Below are positions 57,920-64,000 of a stretch of DNA of 64,000 nt, one piece after another; position 1 is the first letter of the stretch; the number at the start of each line of letters is the position of its first letter. The stretch comes from an uncultured Chthonomonadaceae bacterium. GTDB taxonomy: Bacteria > Armatimonadota > Chthonomonadetes > Chthonomonadales > Chthonomonadaceae. A program made the translations under genes and the position numbers. Below the pieces are notes generated by a model. That model searched no databases. It was not told the DNA's origin and saw nothing but the letters and a program-made list of their open reading frames with translations. Location: assembly GCA_963817895.1 (NCBI GenBank), contig CAWFQB010000006.1:144708-208707 (forward strand). Direction: 5' to 3'.

Positions 57920-58906
57920 CTATACCATGTCGGCGACTGCCGTAATGGTTCGCGTGATGGTACGGCGGGCGAGTTCCACTTTGAAACCGTTGTACTTGTA
58001 TTTTTTCGCGCCATGCAGGGCCATATCCGCCGCCATCTTATATGAGGCTTCGTTCGCGGGCTTGCCAATCAGAGCCTTTTCCGCGTCTACTGCCCGCCAG
58101 GGCTTGTGCGCCACGCCGCCCATAACAAGGCGGCAATGCTGAATTTTGCCGTTTTGGACATCGAGAGCCGCCGCGACGGATACGAGCGCGAACGCGTAAC
58201 TGGCTCGGTCACGAACCTTGATATAGCGTGAATGGGCAGCCCAGGGCATAACCGGAAGTTCGACATGCGTAATCAGTTCGCCGTGTTCCAGCAAAGTTTC
58301 AATGTGGGGCGTGTCACCCGGCAGCAGATGAAACTCGCTGACGGGGATACGCCGAACCCCCTTTGGCCCCTGCGTCACGACTACGGCATCCAGCGCGTAC
58401 ATGGCAACCGCCATATCGGAGGGGTGGGTTGCGATACACTTGTTGCTCGTTCCCAAAATGGCGTGAATACGGTTATAACCTTCGAGGGCGGAGCAGCCGG
58501 AGCCGGGTTCGCGCTTGTTGCAGGGCGTGGCGGTATCGCGGAAATAGTAGCAGCGCGTTCGCTGCAACAGATTGCCGCCCGTTGTCGCCATGTTGCGCAA
58601 TTGCGCCGACGCGCCCGCGAGGATGGCTTCCGAAAGCACGGGATAGTTTTTAAGAATGATTGGGTCATGCGCGAGGTCGGAGTTTCGAACCAGGGTTCCG
58701 ATGCGGACGCCCCCATCCGGCAATGTTTCAATCCGGTTGAGCGCAAGCCCGTTGACATCCACCATTCGCAGGGGAGTCTGCACGTTCAGTTTATAGTTGT
58801 CAAGCAGGTTGGTTCCGCCCGCCAGAAACTCTGCCTGAGGGTTGCCGGAAACTTCCGCTACCGCGCCCTCAGCGTCCGTCGGACGGATGTAGGAAAATGG
58901 CTGCAT
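57920..58906 (-). CDS. Xanthine dehydrogenase-family FAD-binding subunit (PaoB/YagS-like)
   Basis: 328-aa intact ORF. MQPFSY.RP......V.......A.FLAGGTNLLD and ATTGGNLLQRTRC blocks. Confidence 0.85.
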   Translation of the reverse strand: MQPFSYIRPTDAEGAVAEVSGNPQAEFLAGGTNLLDNYKLNVQTPLRMVDVNGLALNRIETLPDGGVRIGTLVRNSDLAHDPIILKNYPVLSEAILAGASAQLRNMATTGGNLLQRTRCYYFRDTATPCNKREPGSGCSALEGYNRIHAILGTSNKCIATHPSDMAVAMYALDAVVVTQGPKGVRRIPVSEFHLLPGDTPHIETLLEHGELITHVELPVMPWAAHSRYIKVRDRASYAFALVSVAAALDVQNGKIQHCRLVMGGVAHKPWRAVDAEKALIGKPANEASYKMAADMALHGAKKYKYNGFKVELARRTITRTITAVADMV

Positions 58907-58908
58907 GG

Positions 58909-59757
58909 CTAAAGTTTTCCTTCCTGAGCAGCGTGCTGAATGTAATTCTGAGCGGAAGCGGCGACGCTCTGCGCCGTTTCGACCCCGGCAGGACGAGCGC
59001 GGTTGGCCTGTTTGTTCTTCTCGTCCATCACGCTTTTAATGGCGGCCACGATGTTGATATACGCGCCGCAGCGACAGATATTGCCGCTCATCTGTTCCCG
59101 AATGTCGGCATCCGTTTTGGCGCGTCCCTCGTTGACAACCGCAACGGCGGACATAATCTGGCCGGGAGTACAATAGCCGCACTGAAAACCGTCATGGGCG
59201 ATAAACGCGGACTGCATGGGGTGCAGGTTCTCGCCCTCCGCCAACCCCTCAATCGTGGTAATCTTCTGGTTTTGGTGCATGATGGCGAGCGTCAGGCAAC
59301 TGTTGACGCGCCTGCCGTCAATGTGAACGGTACACGCGCCGCACTGTCCGTGATCGCATCCTTTTTTCGTGCCGGTCATGCGCAGGCGTTCGCGCAGGGC
59401 GTCCAGCAGGGTGACGCGCGGCTCGACGGATAGCATCTGTTCCTTTCCATTGATGTTGAGCGTGATATTGACCGGGGGTACGGCAGGGGCGAGTTCGCGA
59501 ACGGGCGCGGTTGTGATAGCGGCCCCGGCTTCGGTTTCCAGCAGCAGAGGCGCGACTGCCAGCGCTGCGCTGACACCCGCCGTGCCTGCGATAAATTCGC
59601 GGCGCGAGGGCGCAGAGGCAGAAGTTGTATTCGCGTCCGGCTTCAAATCCAGAATGTGGGGGCGCGCGTTCGCGTATTCCGCTGCCGTCGTATCTAACGG
59701 CAATTCTGTCGTGTTTTCTTTGGGTTCTTTCAAGAGAAACCTCCGCGTTGGCTGCAA
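58909..59757 (-). CDS. Xanthine dehydrogenase-family 2Fe-2S subunit with Tat signal (PaoA/YagT-like)
   Basis: 282 aa. SRREFIAGTAGVSAALAVAP is a Tat signal. GCDHGQCGACTV and GFQCGYCTPGQIMS..NICRCGAY are the two [2Fe-2S] motifs. Confidence 0.9.
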   Translation of the reverse strand: MQPTRRFLLKEPKENTTELPLDTTAAEYANARPHILDLKPDANTTSASAPSRREFIAGTAGVSAALAVAPLLLETEAGAAITTAPVRELAPAVPPVNITLNINGKEQMLSVEPRVTLLDALRERLRMTGTKKGCDHGQCGACTVHIDGRRVNSCLTLAIMHQNQKITTIEGLAEGENLHPMQSAFIAHDGFQCGYCTPGQIMSAVAVVNEGRAKTDADIREQMSGNICRCGAYINIVAAIKSVMDEKNKQANRARPAGVETAQSVAASAQNYIQHAAQEGKL

Positions 59758-59963
59758 AAAGCCGTAATGCTAAAATCGTTGAAATTTAGTGCGCAGTGGG
59801 TTCAGAGGAGTAGGTTCTGCGTCAGGATAATGCCTGTTTTCAGACTTACGCATGGTAAAAGAGTTTGGTTCATCAGCGGCGACGCATATATGCGGAAATA
59901 CGCCGCAAGGCAGAGGCGCGATTTCTGCTCACACTGTCAGGCGCAAAAATGATATAATAGACT

Positions 59964-60959
59964 ATGAGGCGATTATTTTTTATCTGGCGTTGCGTACTGG
60001 CGATTCCCGGCATAGCCCTGTTGCTGACAAGCGCGTTCCTGCTGGGAACCGGCGTTTTCGGAACGTGGCGGTTTATTCTGGGGTTGGTGTTTCATCTTGT
60101 CGGGCAGGCTTGCTGTATCGGGTCATTGTGCCTGCCCGTCTGGTGGCAGGCCAGGCGTATTCGGCAGGAATCGTGGGCTTCGGGGCTATCGGCTTTTCAG
60201 TCCAACGCCATCCGGTCGGCGCGTTTTCGTCCCGAAGCGCAGATCGTTCGCCTGCTGTGCGGGGCGGCATTTTGCATCCTGATGGCGATCTGGCTGGCAG
60301 CCGGGGCATGGGGCCTGCGGAACCTGTTGCGCCTGCGAACCGGGGGCGTTATCACCAACGCGGCGATTACCGGCACGTCGTTCCGCGAGGCGGGCGCGAT
60401 GCTGACCGTGACGTATGCGTTTCCGGTTCCCGGCAGTCTGCCCGTGACGGACACGTTTCGCGCGCCCCGCAATCTGTTGCCGACTTTGCGCACAGGCAAT
60501 CTGCTGCCCGTCACGTATCTGCCTGCCGACCCGTCCGTACACGCCTGGCAGCGCGTGGACAATGCGTTTGTCGCGCGACATTGTCTATCGGGCATGGCGG
60601 TCTTTGCCGCGCTTGTGGCGTATGCGGGTGTGCCACTGTTATGGGCTGAAAGGCGTATGCGCCGCCAACTCCGTTTGGCGCGGGTGGGCGTGGGCGTCAC
60701 GGGAGCGATTGTGGTTTGCAGGCCGCTGTTGTGGCGCAAAATTCGGCGCGGTTATCTGCTGACCTACTCCTTTGCCACTCCCGACCGCCGCGTGTTTTTC
60801 GGACGGGCTTTAGTTCCGTACCTTGCCGACGAGCCGACTCTGCCCGGTTTTCCCCTGACCGTGCTTTACGACCCTGTTTATCCCGGCATCAGCCTGCCTC
60901 TGGCCGCGTTTCATGTGGTGGAGATAGCAAACGCGCGCAAAATGGTTTTAGCGGCGTAA
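59964..60959 (+). CDS. Membrane protein with two DUF3592-like modules
   Basis: 331-aa ORF with 4-5 hydrophobic helices. Repeated ..V(T/L)Y.F..P.......F........G..L.V.Y.P..P pattern. The overlapping ORF 59852..60649 has poor composition. Confidence 0.55.
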   Translation: MRRLFFIWRCVLAIPGIALLLTSAFLLGTGVFGTWRFILGLVFHLVGQACCIGSLCLPVWWQARRIRQESWASGLSAFQSNAIRSARFRPEAQIVRLLCGAAFCILMAIWLAAGAWGLRNLLRLRTGGVITNAAITGTSFREAGAMLTVTYAFPVPGSLPVTDTFRAPRNLLPTLRTGNLLPVTYLPADPSVHAWQRVDNAFVARHCLSGMAVFAALVAYAGVPLLWAERRMRRQLRLARVGVGVTGAIVVCRPLLWRKIRRGYLLTYSFATPDRRVFFGRALVPYLADEPTLPGFPLTVLYDPVYPGISLPLAAFHVVEIANARKMVLAA

Positions 60960-60962
60960 TAG

Positions 60963-61011
60963 CCCTCAACCCCTGCGCCTTCTCCCAAAAAAGCCTGGGA
61001 GAAGGGGAACC
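60963..61011. repeat. REP-like hairpin, family CCCTCAACCCC-N-CCTTCTCCC
   Basis: CCCTCAACCCCTGCG-CCTTCTCCCA-aaaaagcc-TGGGAGAAGG-GGAACC. Sister of 9911-9956. Confidence 0.85.
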
Positions 61012-61123
61012 TGTTAAGCAGGAACAACGGCCTCAACGATAGAAACAAAGGGCAACACTCTTATAGAAGATTGCCCTTTGTTTTCGTTTGGCTGGTTATC
61101 TTGCTATTCAGGAGGAGTTTACA

Positions 61124-61678
61124 ATGTTGAAGGGCGAACGTTTGATTTTGCGGGCGTGGGAACGGGACGATTTGCCGCGCATGCATGAGTTTTCCAACGA
61201 TCTGGAAGTGGAATTGTTGGGCGGAGGCGATGCGCCGAAACCCCGTTCTCGCGAACAGATAACCGCCCGGTTTGAAGAGATGATGAAAGGGGATAAATCC
61301 CATCATCGCGAACTTGGGGATTTCATTATTGAGGCGGATGGCAAAGTGATCGGCCATTGCGGATTGTGGCGTTTTGACGCGACGGCTGCCACCTGCGCGC
61401 TGGGCATCGGTATCGGCGACCGGGAATATTGGAGCAAACACTACGGGCGCGAAGCCATCGGCCTGCTGCTGGATTACGCTTTCCGGGTTCACAATCTGCG
61501 CCGCGTCTGGCTGGACACGTCGAGCGCGAACGAACGCGCCCTGAAATGCTATCTCGCCTGTGGCTTCGTGGAGGAGGGGCGTTTGCGCCGGCACGACTGG
61601 AACAACGGGCAGTACGTAGACCGGGTGTACATGGGCATTATGCGCGAGGAGTACCTCAACCCCGACCCGTCGTTGTAA
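61124..61678 (+). CDS. GNAT-family N-acetyltransferase (RimJ/RimL-like)
   Basis: ORF 61088..61678. The ATG at 61124 follows AGGAGGAG. LILRAWERDDL, IG.CGL, GIGIGDREYWSKHYGREAI.LLLDYAF and N.RALK.Y...GF.EEGRLR blocks. Confidence 0.8.
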   Translation: MLKGERLILRAWERDDLPRMHEFSNDLEVELLGGGDAPKPRSREQITARFEEMMKGDKSHHRELGDFIIEADGKVIGHCGLWRFDATAATCALGIGIGDREYWSKHYGREAIGLLLDYAFRVHNLRRVWLDTSSANERALKCYLACGFVEEGRLRRHDWNNGQYVDRVYMGIMREEYLNPDPSL

Positions 61679-62441
61679 TACTACTGATAGCCGTGACCGC
61701 TTTGCCGATGAACATATCTACATCATGCAGAAGACCGTTGGTTTGCTTCAGAGACACCGGCCCGTATAGCTGTCCACTCACAACAGTATCTACAGGAATA
61801 GAGTAGAAACACGCGACAAATTCTGTATAATCTATGGCATTGGTTTGAACATATTTTGGATTTGCCTTTGCCGTATCGAATTCATGTACGATGAAGACGG
61901 CAAGGGGCGCGTTGTCTTCGGCTGCCTGTAATGTCGTTCCCGCCATTCCGGTCAGCAGTTGATACCGCAGACTGCTCCAGGGTAATTGATCCGGCTTCGC
62001 GCTTGCGCCGAACACGATTTTCAGCAAAGCATCAATTCTTTCGGGAACTTTGCTATTGGGTGAACTCGCTATACCTTTCTTCAAACGAGCTTCAATTGTG
62101 TCGCCGAACGGCTCGTCTACTTTGGCTTCCACGCACACAACGGTTGCCTCATTGCTGACCTGCCCTTTGAGCATTAAGTCGTGGTTGCGGCCCTCCCCGC
62201 GTTGTGGCAACTTTGTTACGCGCTCAGGATAGCCTTCGCTGAACGCCATGCCTGATGTTCGCGCATGTGTCGCCAGCAGTGCCTCCACTTCTTTGGGGAT
62301 ATTGGGCGTGGAGGAAGTAAACCACGCCCGCGCCAGTTCCATCGCGCTACGTCCCGCTTTCCAGTGTTCCGGCTTTTTGGGCCGCGTCCAGTCATCCATA
62401 CTGTTGATAACTTGCTTCGTATTGAAGTTTTTCAGCATCAT
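61656..62441 (-). CDS. DUF6946-like protein with PD-(D/E)xK-type nuclease motif
   Basis: 261 aa. PEHWKAGRSAMELARAW.., GEGRNHDLMLKG and VVCVEAKVDEPFG give a D...E.K arrangement. The 3' end overlaps the convergent GNAT gene by 23 nt. Confidence 0.55.
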   Translation of the reverse strand: MMLKNFNTKQVINSMDDWTRPKKPEHWKAGRSAMELARAWFTSSTPNIPKEVEALLATHARTSGMAFSEGYPERVTKLPQRGEGRNHDLMLKGQVSNEATVVCVEAKVDEPFGDTIEARLKKGIASSPNSKVPERIDALLKIVFGASAKPDQLPWSSLRYQLLTGMAGTTLQAAEDNAPLAVFIVHEFDTAKANPKYVQTNAIDYTEFVACFYSIPVDTVVSGQLYGPVSLKQTNGLLHDVDMFIGKAVTAISSITTTGRG

Positions 62442-62471
62442 TGGCGTTCTCCTGAACTTGTGGTGGGGATT

Positions 62472-62930
62472 TCAAAAGCTGCTATGGGGATGCGTCAACA
62501 ACTGGATTTCTGCGCCGGTCACGCCCTGAGTCTGTACATGCGTTTCAATCAGGTTCCAGATGTCGCCGGGAAGGGAACTGCTGCTGATCGCCTCGGAAAG
62601 CGGCCACAACAGCATGAACAGCGCCCAGGGCGTGACCAGCAGGCTGATCAAACCCCAAAAGGCGGCATGTTTGGCCTCATCCGAACTGATCCACTGGCGC
62701 TGTCCCATTGTGACCACAACTCCCGGCTCTCCCTCTTTGGTTCGGGCGATGCCGACTGTGACCGCGTGACGAATTTTGGCGGGCGTGTTGCCCTCTCCGA
62801 TCTGCACCAGAACCGTATCGCCCTGCCCAATCTGTTGTGCCTGCAAATCCGGTTGCGGGTCGTAGGTGGCGATTAGAGTGGCGGCCAGTTCTTCGGGAGA
62901 AACGGAGCCGCGATAGATGCGCTGTTCCAT
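62472..62930 (-). CDS. Hypothetical protein with one C-terminal-half membrane helix
   Basis: 152-aa ORF, 30 nt upstream of the DUF6946-like gene. AAFWGLISLLVTPWALFMLLWPL. Confidence 0.5.
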   Translation of the reverse strand: MEQRIYRGSVSPEELAATLIATYDPQPDLQAQQIGQGDTVLVQIGEGNTPAKIRHAVTVGIARTKEGEPGVVVTMGQRQWISSDEAKHAAFWGLISLLVTPWALFMLLWPLSEAISSSSLPGDIWNLIETHVQTQGVTGAEIQLLTHPHSSF

Positions 62931-63342
62931 AATATCCTTTCAGGAGAGGAAAACAGAATTTGAGACACTGCAAGGGATATTCGCTATTCCGTCTCTATCT
63001 TCCTGCCAACACCAGACGCGCATTTCGATTAGCTACTTGCAGCGCATGGTGACGGCCTGATCCGCGTTCATGGCATAGCCCTGCGCCCACGCCTGCTCGT
63101 ACTCCTGATCGCCTGATTCCGCCGCGCAGTTCGGCCAGTTGCTACCCATGCGTTTCCCGTATGGGTGTCGCTGATCCGCAGATACGAGATGCCTTTTTAC
63201 CTGTTGAGGAACTGAAAAAGAAGTAGCCTGCCCGATGTGTTCAACTACTTCTGCGCCGCCTGTTCGTCACGCGCAGCGCGTTCGCATATAATATCAGCCA
63301 CAATCCTGCCCATACGGATTGTGGCTGTTTGCTGCGTTAGAC

Positions 63343-63472
63343 AACGGAATGAATTCCTTTGCTACGGGCGTTCCGCCAATTGTCCTTCGGACAAAACTCT
63401 CTTGTGGTAGACTCTCGTGTCCGCAGGACACTTAGCCGCAGGCTCATAGCAACGGAATGAATTCCGTTGCTA
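63343..63472. repeat. Multi-hairpin element, locus 4
   Basis: Flanking direct copies AACGGAATGAATTCC(T/G)TTGCTA (63343-64, 63451-72), each quasi-palindromic. Inside are TTGTCC-ttcg-GGACAA (63380-94), GTGTCC-gcag-GGACAC (63417-31) and GCC-gcag-GGC. Confidence 0.85.
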
Positions 63473-63521
63473 TCCAAAGGGACAACACGATTACTCTGTT
63501 AAATCTGCCAGGGCAGTAGGC

Positions 63522-63860
63522 TCAGGCGACGGCGTATCCGGTATGCGGACGCACATCTACGGGGTGAAAGGCCGGTACAATGTCCGATTTCGGGACGCCC
63601 GCCGCTTCAATCGTATAGCCCACGCCGTCTTCGGTATTGTCGCGTTGAATCCAAATCTTTTCGTTGAGGATATCTATGTGCGCGAGGCAAAAGTGGACGC
63701 GGCGAACCTGCGTTTCCCATCCAACCGTCATTACGAGGTAGCGGTCATTCGTCTCATCGAAGACAGCCTCATGCTTCATTTCCGGGTTGGAATATTTGAA
63801 GTCGGCAATTTCCGTCAGGACTTCACGGACAATGCGACGATAGCGTTCTAATTTCTCCAT
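63522..63860 (-). CDS. xisI: XisI family protein
   Basis: 112 aa. Y..IV.EVL.E.A........E.....D..NDRYL.M.VGW....R.H.C..HIDI...KIWIQ.DNTE.G is the XisI pattern. Confidence 0.85.
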   Translation of the reverse strand: MEKLERYRRIVREVLTEIADFKYSNPEMKHEAVFDETNDRYLVMTVGWETQVRRVHFCLAHIDILNEKIWIQRDNTEDGVGYTIEAAGVPKSDIVPAFHPVDVRPHTGYAVA

Positions 63861-63877
63861 TGGATAGTTTTCTCTTC

Positions 63878-64000
63878 TCAGCGCAGCATAGAGCAGATGA
63901 TGCCGACGATCTTTTCCGGGTACGCCAGATAGTACAGGTCGCCGTCAATCGTTGCTTCAGTTCCCTGAAGGCGCAGGAATTTCCAGTCCGTGCCGGTTGT
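63878..64000 (-). CDS. Partial ORF (3' end) upstream of xisI; possibly xisH-like
   Basis: Open to the window edge: ..TGTDWKFLRLQGTEATIDGDLYYLAYPEKIVGIICSMLR-TGA. LYYLAYP loosely recalls the LYLAVP block of XisH, which normally precedes xisI. Identity not established. Confidence 0.3.
   Translation of the reverse strand, partial: TTGTDWKFLRLQGTEATIDGDLYYLAYPEKIVGIICSMLR

Noticed and set aside
63033-63149. 38-aa ORF (..NWPNCAAESGDQEYEQAWAQGYAMNADQAVTMRCK) resembling the C-terminus of large LuxR/TPR-type regulators
   Set aside because: Only the extreme 3' end is present, with no upstream continuation of reasonable length. It is treated as a gene remnant and not listed as a feature.
1-64000. tRNA, rRNA and tmRNA genes
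   Set aside because: I scanned for T-loop-like GGTTCGAATCC/GTTCAAATC motifs and rRNA-like conserved stretches and saw none. This was a by-eye scan, so tRNAscan-SE or Infernal should confirm it.

Overview
High-GC bacterial chromosomal window. I found no rRNA, tRNA or CRISPR array by eye. It holds about 55 protein-coding genes, mostly ordinary envelope and metabolic functions. These include Big_2/beta-propeller lipoproteins, two ankyrin-repeat membrane proteins, a Tat-signal amidase, a dipeptide epimerase, SanA, DUF362, GH43, YggL, acetyl-CoA synthetase and NlpC/P60. A GH44 glucanase and an S8 protease together carry six malectin-like modules. Also present are MsrA, DUF1549/DUF1553 and PSCyt1-WD40 proteins, GlgP, GlgB, a UbiA prenyltransferase with a GT39/83 glycosyltransferase, SDRs, a GAF/HisKA_2 kinase, a PaoABCD-like molybdo-oxidoreductase operon, a GNAT and XisI. 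The gene content resembles Planctomycetota, Verrucomicrobiota or Armatimonadota, but the taxon cannot be fixed from this window. Accessory content: a Septu-like ATPase+HNH operon with a third coupled ORF in a visibly AT-richer islet (10.0-12.7 kb), a nucleotidyltransferase plus an overlapping small ORF, one IS3-family and one IS630-family element, Uma2, and an orphan antitoxin-like gene. Three things stand out. (1) Long, often perfect inverted repeats whose arms are built from 7-9-nt tandem units sit exactly at gene ends, and one is inserted in frame inside acs. (2) A second family of ~105-130-nt multi-hairpin elements has conserved GTCC-N4-GGAC twin hairpins. (3) Frame breaks are frequent and very unevenly distributed (about 25, several at homopolymers). 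Many calls typed 'pseudogene' may therefore be assembly indels, while the amidase and the PaoC-like subunit look genuinely shattered. All family assignments come from motif recognition by eye, not from database searches.
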